Assembly: GCA_002269645.1 (NCBI GenBank) | Contig: NIVC01001416.1 | Coordinates: 83,197-147,196, forward strand | Source of the DNA: Macrostomum lignano | Taxonomy: Eukaryota | Length of the DNA stretch: 64,000 bases | Direction of reading: 5' to 3' | In this document: piece by piece, positions 48,401 through 60,400 of the stretch | Numbering within the stretch: position 1 is the stretch's first letter | How the letters are laid out: every line of letters starts with the position of its first letter | Translations under genes and position numbers: made by a program | The notes under the pieces: generated by a model | Told to the model about the DNA's origin: nothing | The model's database searches: none | The model's input: the letters and a program-made list of their open reading frames with translations, nothing else

Positions 48401-51400
48401 TTGGGAAGGCCAGTGTGTTTGCATTGCTTTCGACAGCTTTTATTTGAAATTTTGTTGTCTTCAGGTCGGATGACGCAAAGTTTCCAAATACGCAATATTT
48501 CTTGCAGACAAAAATAATGAAGTTGTGAGTCAGTTTATCTTGTCTTGACAAAGTTTCATATCAGAATAGCCTGTAGTTGAGAAGCTTTGAAAAGTAAATA
48601 ATCTGTAGTGTTGAATTGGCTGCTTCAGAAGTTTATATATGCTTCTCGCTATCAAAGAATCGCAATTATAAAATCGGTGAGGTAATCATGGACTACTCAA
48701 GTAGAGAGACGAGAAAGTTTATTTATTGGAATTTTTAGAAGACAGGCTATGAATATCGATAGAGCTGTATGAAAGGCAAGTCATATTAAAAGATAAACAT
48801 TAGGTCTGCCTCTTTTTAGAAACAGTAACCGTTTTTGTGCTGAATAAATGAAAACCCCCATTCTTCCCAATGTCTTTTTCGGTAGAACTCGCCCCCTAAA
48901 ACGCAGTTTCCCGTATCTACTTGAGTAGTTGTAGGGGGCAATATTTTTGAAATCTTGACACACTGGTGCAACATGGACTCCAACATTTAAAAATATTTAT
49001 TTAGGTCTTCTAACGAACCTCTATGATATCATTCAAAAGTTGTGAAATAAGGAAACTGCGTTACAACTGACAGCATGCCAAGTCATAAAAATCCCTTTAT
49101 CTGAATCAGAGATACGGCACAACTAAAATACGCACTGATGGTTAATATGTGATGAGAATGATTATAAGATTCAAATTATTTACTCAAATTCTCAGTTGTT
49201 AACATCTATTTAAACAAAATTTTGTAAACAAGCTGTCTTTCTTAAAAATTAATAGTATGATTAATTAAGTATGAATATTTTAAGTTGTCAATGATAACAT
49301 TTTTTTTGTCTATAAGTATGACTAAATTTTCATAATAATTAACATAAATGCAGGGTAATTCTTGATTTTCACTTTAAAATATGTCAGGTGTGTCATAAGC
49401 AAAGTTATGTCACTGCATGCTTCTGTCGAAAGTACATGTAGACATGTGTACATGCACTTGTGGGTAGTCCAGCAGTACCAGTGCATTTTGTTTATAGCCC
49501 ACAATCTTTCGCAAGAGTCAGTTAAGCAGCTTTAGTATCGCTCTATTTATCAGCTTGGATACTCTGCAGCAGAAGTAGGGGAGGATCTCGGGACCCACAC
49601 TGCTGGACAACTGCTTGATTTGCAGGACAATTCACAGGTGCTTTCAAGACTTTTCTGATCCTTCGGGGTTCGAATTCGGAGATGCCACGAGATCTGACCG
49701 GCCAGTGTTCAACCAGGACAACAAAAAGTCATCCATGTCATCAGCGATCTGGTCTGGAAAGACCCGCGACCGCGACAGTCCGCCAAGAAAATAGCTTTAG
49801 TTGTCTAAAATAGCCTAGCATAAATAATAGTTTATTAATTAATAATACTTTACTAATTGACTACCGACAGATCAGCCGCAGCTATTGCGCAGCGCATCTG
49901 AAGGCTGCGTACGGCTGTTCAGTCCAAGGACTGGGGGGGGGGGTCGCCACACACCCTCAATTACCACAGCTAATGCTGGCACCCATTTTACAGCTGAGTG
50001 AACTGAAGCTGAAGGACACAAATTGTTCTTAGTGGGTCGAGAATCGAACCCCCGATCTTTGAGTCGTAAGTCCGATGCTTTAACTACTTGGCTACAACCT
50101 AGCATATAAAGCTTAGAGATTAGGCAAGATACTCCAAAGACAGACAAAGCATATAAAAAGAATATTTTGGTTAAATTACTCTTCTGTCATTAATTTAGTT
50201 CTCCAGAATTCGGAATGTTGCATGTAATAACATAAATAATTTTAAGTATGTAGATTTAACAGGTTAAAACCTTAACAAAATATACATGCACCAAATTTAG
50301 AGCTACCGTTGCACAAAGCTAGTGCAGTTTTCTACGCTATAAACATAGCGAAGTACACGGAAGCATTAGGCCAGTCTTCAAATAATTTTGCAGTATTTTC
50401 TAGTGTTAGGTCCTGATACAACGGTAACTTTAATAGTGGTCCTTGCTTAGACAGTGCGGTAATGACCAACTGTTTTACCAGTAAACACTAAGTTGGAGGC
50501 AGTATAAAAATTTACTACTACTTCTAGCTAATTTAAGCAGTTGGACTATTGCGTCATCGCTCAGTTTTTTTCAGGTAAATTTATCAAATTTATAGATTTT
50601 ATTCTACAGATATCCATTAAAACTTGCAGAGCTCTCTGGCATTGACGCCAGCTCAGCTCAGTACAGCTCCAATGAGACCGCTATCTCTGTGACTTGGCAG
50701 CCATCCGGCACTTCTGACGTCTCGTACCAGCTCACCTGCAAGCGAGTCGGCTCAGGTGAAGTCTGGAATGCGTCTTCACCCACTCCGTCTGGCACCTGCG
50801 GCTCCCTGCAGTCTGGACAGGCCTATGAGCTGCGGGTGGCTGTGCAGAAGGCGGGCTTTGATGACGTCATCACGTCTTTATCCAACCAGCTGACCAGTGA
50901 GTGCTCAGCTGCTGCGGTGCCACAGTTTTACCTGTATGAATCTTGTATCTAGCATCTAGCATGTATATGGCATAATCATTGATGCAGTTCAATACTTGAG
51001 GGCCAGACCGGCTTTGTGGCAAACTCGTCTGACTTTCACGCCAAAGGCTGCTCACTGTCGAAACTTCACTACATGTATGGAAAAGTGTTACTGGGTTCTT
51101 TTTTTCCTTATCTTATACACTCCATCGGTATTATCCTTCTTATTGCTTATACATTCATAAGCAGCCACCTTTCAAGCTGGGAGTACACCCACAGAAGAAG
51201 ACAAATCTTTAGAAGGATTGTTAAAAAGTCCATAAGTATTAAAACTTCATTGCAGCATATTAAACTGCAATATGAAGGTTTTAATATTTATACAAAATAG
51301 ACATAGTAGGGCCTAACTTCTAAGGTACGATCTCTTTTCGTGTTAAAGCTTTTGTTTTAAATGATAAAAATTTTAAATTGGCGCTAAAATAATGTTAAAA

Positions 51401-54400
51401 TACCGTCTTAGAAACAGTTTCATAGCTTTGAAAATTTCTTCGTACAATATCAATTGGCCTATGAAACTTGGAGTGAATCAGTGAATTTGATTAGTCACTT
51501 GTCCCTAACAAAAATAACACTAACAAAAGTTTATTCGCTCCCTACAACAACTGTGAAATTGCGTGCATTCTAGCATAGAAATAAGATATTAGTTTTTCGA
51601 TTTTGATCACAACATGTTATATACCAGGGGTAGATAACACAAAAGCAATAGAAAAACGACTGGGGAAAAAGCCTTCCATCAAGAATAAAAAAACCAAGCA
51701 AACTAATCATTTTGAATAGACAGTATAAGAGTCTGTGATGGTCTGAACCACGCATAATATAATGTAATTAGACAGCTAAATGTCTGTAGGTTAATGCCGT
51801 GTGCCCTTTTCATGCCTTCATAATCGCAGAATTGTGTCAATCACTACATCCAGTTTCTCGGATTTCATAATTCAAGATTTACAATTTTCTTCTATTTGCT
51901 CAGTGCTCATTGGTTGGGAGAATCGTCACGTGACTGAAACCTGACCAATTGGCTCAAAGCATGCATGGATTTTTCTCATGCCAGAGCAGCCGAGCTCAAT
52001 TAACCTTGAGCTCCGTGCACGAAAATTAAGCCTGAAGTTTGTTGTGCAATTTTTGCCCATTAGGGTCCAAGCCCTCCCAAGGCCCAGAGTGTGCAGTGAG
52101 AAAGTCGGGGCTGCTGTACATCCTGTGTGAGTGAGCTGGCTCAGGGCTCAGCGGAGCTGGCATGACTGCTCAGGGGAACTGGCATGACTGCTCAGGGTAA
52201 CTGTCATGACTGCTCAGGGCTCAGCGGAGCTGGCATGACTGCTCAGGGCTCAGCGGAGCTGGCATGACTGCTCAGGGCTCAGCGGAGCTGGCATGACTGC
52301 TCAGGGCTCAGCGGAGCTGGCATGACTGCTCAGGGCTCAGCGGAGCTGGCATGACTGCTCAGGGCTCAGCGGAGCTGGCATGACTGCTCAGGGCTCAGCG
52401 GAGCTGGCATGACTGCTCAGGGCTCAGCGGAGCTGGCATGACTGCTCAGGGCTCAGCGGAGCTGGCATGACTGCTCAGGGCTCAGCGGAGCTGGCATGAC
52501 TGCTCAGGGCTCAGCGGAGCTGGCATGACTGCTCAGGGCTCAGCGGAGCTGGCATGACTGCTCAGGGCTCAGCGGAGCTGGCATGACTGCTCAGGGCTCA
52601 GTGGAGCTGGCATGACTGCTCAGGGCTCAGTGGAGCTGGCATGACTGCTCAGGGCTCAGCGGAGCTGGCATGACTGCTCAGGGCTCAGCGGAGCTGGCAT
52701 GACTGCTCAGGGCTCAGAGGAGCTGGCATGACTGCTCAGGGCGAGCGCCCAGTGCCCGGCCTGTGAACTCACTGACACTATTTGTAGACACAAAATGCTC
52801 ACTCATTTTGAGCTGCATCTATATTTCTGCGTGCTCAAAAGCAACTGATATTTAGGGTAAGAAATTTAGCAGACAGGAATGTCTGTATCAGATGATAATT
52901 TGACAGTAATTGGGACTTTTAAGTCAGGAGCTGCCCACCCACCTCGCAAATGCAGCGCTCTTCCCGATCGACGCCAGCTCAGTGAGTTTCACCATCACAG
53001 AGACTTCCATCCACCTGACTTGGGCGGCGTCCATCACTGAAGGAGTTCTGTACCGGGTGACGTACAGGCGAGTCAGCACAGGGGATTCTTCATCTCTGCC
53101 TCCATCACAGTATCTGAATGCCGGCTTCAGCAATCTGCAGTCAGGAGAAGCCTACAACCTGAGTGTGGCTGTCACTAAGCAGGGCGGCTTCGATGAAGTT
53201 GTCACCTGGCTGCCAATCCAGCTGACCAGTGAGTTGGAGCTCAGCAAATGATTGCAGCTGCTCTGATGAGGCACAGCTCGCTTCTATTGGGTCCGTTTCA
53301 TTGCAGAGCTGTTCGGCATTGACGCCAGCTCAGCTCAGTATAGCTCCAATGAGACCGCCATCTCTGTGACTTGGCAGCCATCCAGAACTTCTGGCGTCTC
53401 GTACCAGCTCACCTGCAAGCGAGTCGGCTCAGGTGAAGTCTCGACCGCGTCTTCACCCACTCCGTCTGCCACCTGCGGCTCCCTGCAGTCTGGACAGGAA
53501 TATGAGCTGCGGGTGGTTGTGCAGAAGACGGGCGGCTTTGATGACGTCATCACGGCTCTGTCCAATCAGCTGACCAGTGAGTGCTGCTTTTGTCACATCT
53601 TTTATATTATCGTATTCTTATATCAACAATTTTTGAATATGTGCTTCATCTAGTGTTCGCATCTCACGTATGTTGAAGCTTCAACTGCAACTTGATGATG
53701 CATCTTTTTATTGATTGTTGTATCAAATTTTGCAAATAAATATCTATAAGTTCAGCTCACCTTATCTCACAATTCGTTTTGAATTTTTTGGTTCCTGAGA
53801 GTCAAATGACTCGGGTTAGATTTTGTGTCATTTGGATAATAACAGAAATCGCTAACACCCCAATGGCAAGGAACTTTTGAACTCTCCGTTGTAGTGGGAC
53901 TTATCAGTCGTATTCTACGGATTCTTCAGTATTTAAAGGCCTGAAACTGAATTAGAAAGATAGATTATAATCAAATTTAAGTTCTTAATAGACGATCGCA
54001 AGACCCTGGACATGGGCTTGGGTCTTAAGGTGGCTTAATTAGTTTATCGACTTAAATTTAAGTTAAATTTTTTGAAGCAAAATCTATTTTATACAATTAC
54101 TTTCTATAGTCTTAAAAATGGTTAAAGCCTATATTTTGATTCAATGCTTTCTCACTCAGAACCAAGACTCACTCAGAGTCTTTCAATGCGAGATTCCTGA
54201 TATGTATGTGATTAAGGATTATGGACCACTTCTAGTGGTCCTGGCTTGGAAAGTCAGGGCGGCTGTGCACCCAGTGTGAGCGCGTGTCTGGGTACATGTC
54301 TCGTCGCCTCTTCGCTCTTGCTCGCTTGCGTCTTCTTGCGACTAAAAGAACTCGCACCTCACCAATTCCCTCGCACCCGCCAACCGCCGCAGAGCTGTAC

Positions 54401-57400
54401 TCAGTGAACCCCAACTCGGTCAGCTACTCAGCCAATGAGTCAGCCATCAGCGTGACCTGGGACGCCTCAGCCACCGGTGCTGGAGTTCACCACCAGCTGC
54501 GCTGCGTCAGCGGCTCAGACGGCTCAGTCGTGATCAGAAATGTCACCTCGCCTGAGCAGCGGCTCAGCGCCACCTGCGACTCCCTGCAGTCGGGCTCGAA
54601 GTTCAGCCTGCAGATTGTCGTGCTGAAGGTGGGCGGCTTCAAGCCCGCATTGGCGGAGGTGGGACAGCTGCTCACCTGTGAGTCTCGGGCGCCATTTTAA
54701 GTTTATCGATTGTTTTGGTGGAAGCCTAATGCCTTTTTAAAATGAATTAGTGGGATATTATTCTTTTAGATTTTCAGCACGAAAATTTACTATATGTAGA
54801 CTAGCCAGCCCCCCTCTAGGGCTAAGGGGCTTATTAAGTTGGGAACAAATTATATTTTCATTTTAACTCTAAATTAAAGTTTTTACGTGTAAAATTATGA
54901 AATTGTGTAAAATATAGAAAAGTTCTTCTTTAGGCATATCAGCATGTGTCCGTTGAGTCTCTGGCATCTCAGCATGTGTCCATTGAGTCTATGGCATCTC
55001 AGCATGTGTCCATTAAGTCTCTGGCACCTCAGCATGTGTCCATTGAGTCTCTGGCATCTCAGCATCTCTCCGTTAAGTCTGTTGCATCTCAGCATGTGTC
55101 CATTGAGTCTGTGGCATCTCAGCATCTCTGCATTAAGTCTGTGGCATCTCAGCATCTGTCCATTGAATATCTATGATTTGACAAAATACAAAAATAAAAG
55201 ATAGTTTTGCATATTGCTGTGATTAGTACGGCACTGTAACAGGTGCCCACTCTTGCCTTTTTGTATTTTGTTTTTTCTCATAAACCAGAATTATGTTATA
55301 AGTGCAGTAGTCCAGTCACACTGGCTTCAGTAAGAATTAGCTAACAACTATAATCAAAGTGCTCATGTACCAGTATGTACTGGCCTGTACAATCTTGAAA
55401 ATCTGGAATATTCCAGTTTTTCAGAGATTTTTCTTGTATTTTTTCCTGTCTAATAACTAAAACAAAGTTAGCAACGTAGGAAGCTCAATTAAAGTTTGAT
55501 AGCTGGCAGTATCACTGAGCTCACAGTGTCACTCAGCTCACGGTGTCACTCAGCTCACGGTGTCACTCAGCTCACAGTGTCACTCAGCTCACGGTGTCAC
55601 TCAGCTCACAGTGTCACTCAGCTCACAGTGTCACTCAGCTCACAGTGTCACTCAGCTTACAGTGTCACTCAGCTCACAGTGTCACTCAGCTCACAGTGTC
55701 ACTCAGCTCACAGTGTCACTCAGCTCACAGTGTCACTCAGCTCACAGTTTCACTCAGCTCACAGTGTCACTCAGCTCACAGTTTCACTCAGCTCACAGTG
55801 TCACTCAGCTCACAGTGGCACACAGCTCACAGTGTCACTCAGCTCAATCTCAATCCCCATCTCCCCACCCTTCTCAGGGCCGCTGCTCATCGCGGACCCC
55901 GCCAGCCGACCCTCAGCCGCTGCCGCGGTGTCGCATCCGAGCGAGTCGCTGCCCGCTGAGGCGGTGCTGCTGCTCAACTGGACGTCCAGCGCTGCCGCGG
56001 GCGCCGACCTGCTGCGGTTCCGCGTGAGCAGCGCCTCGAAGCCCGACTTGCTGAGGGAGGCTGCGTTCAACTCGATGAGGCTGCTGCTGAGCCTGGCGGA
56101 GACGGAGCTGCTCTCGCTGAAGCTGACGGTGGCGGTGGCTGCCGTGGCCAACAAATCCGGGCTGAGACAGGAGGGCTCGGAGATCGTCATCGCTGAGCAG
56201 CTGCAGATGCGTGAGTTCAGCTCAGAGTCTTTGTTGTGAGTGAGTCTTGGTTCTGAGTGAGTGTTGGTTCTGAGTGGGTCTTTGTTCTGAGTGAGTCTTG
56301 GTTCTGAGTGAGTCTTGGTTCTGAGTAAGTCTTGGTTCTGAGTGAGTGTCGGTTCTGAGTGAGTCTTGGTTCTGAGTGAGTGTTGGTTCTGAGTGAGTGT
56401 TGGTTCTGAGTGAGTGTTGGTTCTGAATGAGTGTTGGTTCTGAGTGAGTGTTGGTTCTGAGTGAGTGTTGGTTCTGAGTGAGTGTTTGTTCTGAGTGAGT
56501 CTTTGTTGTAAGTGAGTCTTTGTTCTGAGTGAGTGTTGGTTCTGAGTGAGTGTTGGTTCTGAGTGAGTGTTGGTTCTGAGTGAGTGTTGGTTCTGAGTGA
56601 GTGTTGGTTCTGAGTGAGTGTTGGTTCTGAGTGAGTGTTTGTTCTGAGTGAGTCTTTGTTGTAAGTGAGTCTTTGTTCTGAGTGAGTGTTGGTTCTGAGT
56701 GAGTGTTGGTTCTGAGTGAGTGTTGGTTCTGAGTGAGTGTTGGTTCTGAGTGAGTGTTGGTTCTGAGTGAGTCTTGGTTCTGAGTGAGTCTTGGTTCTGA
56801 GTGAGTGTTGGTTCTGAGTGAGTGTTGGTTCTGAGCCTGGTTTTTCCGCCTCCCGCAGCGCCCGGCCGCCCTTCGGTGTCGCTGCTGCCGGACAGGCGCG
56901 CCGTCGAGGTGTCGCTGACTGCCAGCTCCGGCTCCGAGCTGCTGACTGCGGCCGCCCACGCAGACAGCGGGAGCTTCGCTGCTGCTACCAACAGCTGCCG
57001 CCCGGACTCCGGCAGGTGCACCGTGGCTCTGCAGCCGCTGAGGCCGTTCACCAACTACTCGGTGGAGGCGGTCGCCGAGCTGTCGGGCCTGGCCTCGCTG
57101 CCCCAGAGGTCGGAGGTTCGAACGCTGGAGGACGCGCCGTCGCAGCCGCAGTCGGTGAGGCTGGACGATGCGTCATCGCAGTTGCTATGCGACTGGCGGG
57201 CTCCCAGCGAGCCGAACGGCGTCATCCGCAACTACTCGGTGGCCTGGGGCTCGCTGAGCTTCCCGGACGGCGCTGAGATTCGCGTCGGAGCCAAGGAGGC
57301 GGCGGCCGACACGACTCGCCTGCCGCTCGAGCCGCCGCCGCTGCCGGGCCACGTCGGCTTCTGCCGCGTCGGCGCCTGCACGGGCGGCGGCTGCAGCCGC

Positions 57401-60400
57401 GGCAGCGACAGGGCGGAGCGCCGGCTGCCCGACGGCGAAGCGCCCGCGGTGTCCGGCGGCTTGCAGCCGCTGGCGGTCCCTGGCGGTCCCGTCCGCCTCA
57501 GCTGGAAGCCGCTCAGCCCCGAGCTCGGCCGGGGCGTCGTGTTCGAGTTCGAGCTGCGACTGGACGGTCCGGGCGGCTGCGCGGCGGCCCGGCGGCTGAA
57601 CTGCTCCGACTGCGGCCGCCACCGCCTCCAGCTGCAGTCGGAGGAGGCCCGGCAGCGGCTCGAGGCCCTCACGGCCGACTGCTCAGCGCCGGTGCTCGTG
57701 CGGACCTTTAAGTTCGGCGACGCCTCGCTGTCCGCGGAGGTCGCCGTCAGCTCCGAGGGCGCCTCGCCGAACTCGCTGCTGCCCTTGACCGAGTACAGCG
57801 CCTCCCTGTGGCCGGTGAACCTCGCGGGGCCCGGCGCCGTCGCCTCCGCCTCCTTCCGCAGCCCGGAGACTCGCAGCGTCGCCGTCGGCGGCCTGCGGGC
57901 GACGCCCTCGGAGGCGGAGGCGCTGGTGGAGTTCGAGGAGCCGCGGCTGCCAAACGGCCTGCTGCAGGCCTTCGCTGTGCAGGTGAGGCCGCCTGTGCGA
58001 CTGGGAGCTCCTTTGCGGGCATGAGAGGCACTGAAGGGACAGCGGAGGGACTGAAGGGGCAGCGGAGGGACTGAAGGGACAGCGGAGGGACTGAAGGGAC
58101 GGCGGAGGGACTGAAGGGTCAGCGGAGGGACTGAAGGGACAGCGGAGGGACTGAAGGGACGGCGGAGGGACTGAAGGGACAGCGGAGGTACTGAAGGGGC
58201 AGTGGAGGGACTGAAGGGACAGCGGAGGGACTGAAGGGACAGCAGAGGGACTGAAGGGACAGCAGAGGTACTGAAGGGACAGCAGAGGGACTGAAGGGAC
58301 ACCGGAGGGACTGAAGAGACAGCAGAGGGACTGAAGGCACATCGGAGGGACTGAAGGGACAGCAGAGGGACTGAAGGGACACCGGAGGGACTGAAGGGAC
58401 AGCGGAGGTACTGAAGGGACAGCAGAGGGACTGAAGGGACACCGGAGGGACTGAAGAGACAGCAGAGGGACTGAAGGGACAGCGGAGGGACTGAAGGGAC
58501 AGCGGAGGGAGTGAAGGGACAGCGGAGGGAGTGAAGGGACAGCGGAGGCACTGAAGGGACAGCGGAGGCACTGAAGGGACAGCGGAGGGACTGAAGGGAC
58601 AGCGGAGGAACCCATGGACAGGAAGTGACTGATGACTCAATGCAGTGACCTAAGTGGCATTGTCAAGCGCATTATACTTATGGTAAAAGTTACCCAGTGG
58701 CAGATATTAGTGAATATTTTCATAGACCCTTTGCTCACTCAGAGTTTCAGTCCTGTCTCTCCTTCTGTTGAGATTCGCACACAGTCGGCACGATGCTCTG
58801 GGTTGGCCAGATTTTGTTTGTGTGGAGTTGGCGAGTCGATAAGAAAGCTGCAGTGCACATGCATTGATATCTGAGCTGTATGCCAGTATCCGGGTTATTT
58901 TTATTCCTTATGCAGCAACCGCTGTAATTGAGTGTACATATTCAGTGCTATGCTAATGGTTGGTAACAGGGTAGATTATGATAGCTTTGGAGGACTTGAC
59001 TGACTGTGCATTGCTTTTGTCGCTGTGCCTCTCATTATCTGGCTCCTAACCGAAAAAGTCGTTGCTGAAAACCAATCAGATTTTGCCTAAAAAGTTTGCA
59101 TGTTGAAGAGGCTTGCATATTTTTCCGCTGCCTCGTCTTATGAATCTTTACTTCTTTTGCTGCAAGGTGGAACCTTCAGTTGAGCTCATCCTCAACCATG
59201 TCGGCTACCGCCAAATGGTTCCTTTTAGTAGCGAGTTATTTCTGCACTTTATGAGATGTTGCAACAAATAAAATCCACGGTGCCATTATAGCTTTAGTCG
59301 GCCAGCCTGAAGAAAATGAATGCGTCTTGTTGTCTCTGTGAAAAGCTCTCAAATCGTGCCTTCTATTCTCGCTCATCCTTCCATTTAGCATGACAAACTG
59401 AATCTTCATTGCCTTGCTTTATCAAATATTTTTCTTGGCCAAGAGATAGATTGTGAGATTCATAGATAAAAGAGTTGTTAGGGAGGGAGTGTGATTGGGA
59501 GTTTTAGGGTGAGTGATGGGGATTGTGATCTAAGAGTGATAGGGACGGTGATTGGAGAGTGATGGAGAGGGTAATAGTGAGAGTGATGGGGAGAGTGATG
59601 GGGAGAATGATGGGAAAGTGGTGGGGAGAGTGATGGGAGACTGATAGAAGACTGGTGGGGAGAGTGATGAGGAGACGTACATGTATGTGAAGGGTGATGG
59701 CGAGAGTGATGGAGAGTGATAGGGAGAGTGATGGGGAGAGGATGGAGAGTGATGGGGAGTGATAGGGAGAGTGATGGGGAGAGTGATGGAGAGTGATGGA
59801 GAGTGATGGAGAGTGATGGAGAGTGATGGGGAGAGTGATGGAGAGTGATAGGTAGAGTGATGGGGAGAGTGATGGAGAGTGATAGGGAGAGTGATGGGGA
59901 GTGATAGGTAGAGTGATGGGGAGAGTGATGGAGAGTGATGGAGTGATGGGGAAAGTGATGGAGAGTGATGGAGAGTGATAGGTAGAGTGATGGGGAGAGT
60001 GATGGAGAGTGATAGGGAGAGTGATGGAGAGTGATCGAGAGTGATAGGGAGAGTGATGGGGAGTGATAGGTAGAGTGATGGGGAGAGTGATGGAGAGTGA
60101 TGGAGTGATGGGGAAAGTGATGGAGAGTGATGGAGAGTGATAGGTAGAGTGATGGGGAGAGTGATGGAGAGTGATAGGGAGAGTGATGGAGAGTGATCGA
60201 GAGTGATGGGAGAGTGATGGAGAGTGATGGGCAGTGATAGGGAGAGTGATGGAGAGAGTGATGGAGAGTGATGGAGAGTGATGGGGAGAGTGAAAAGGAG
60301 AGTGATGGGGAGAGTGATGGAGAGTGATAGGGAGAGTGATGGGGAGAGTGATGGAGAGTTATATGGAGAGTGATGGAGAGTGATGGAGAGTGATAGGTAG

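Noticed and set aside
50030-50099. tRNA gene
   Set aside because: A and B boxes are present but there is no complete cloverleaf 3' end, and it continues into a SINE core; treated as a SINE head.
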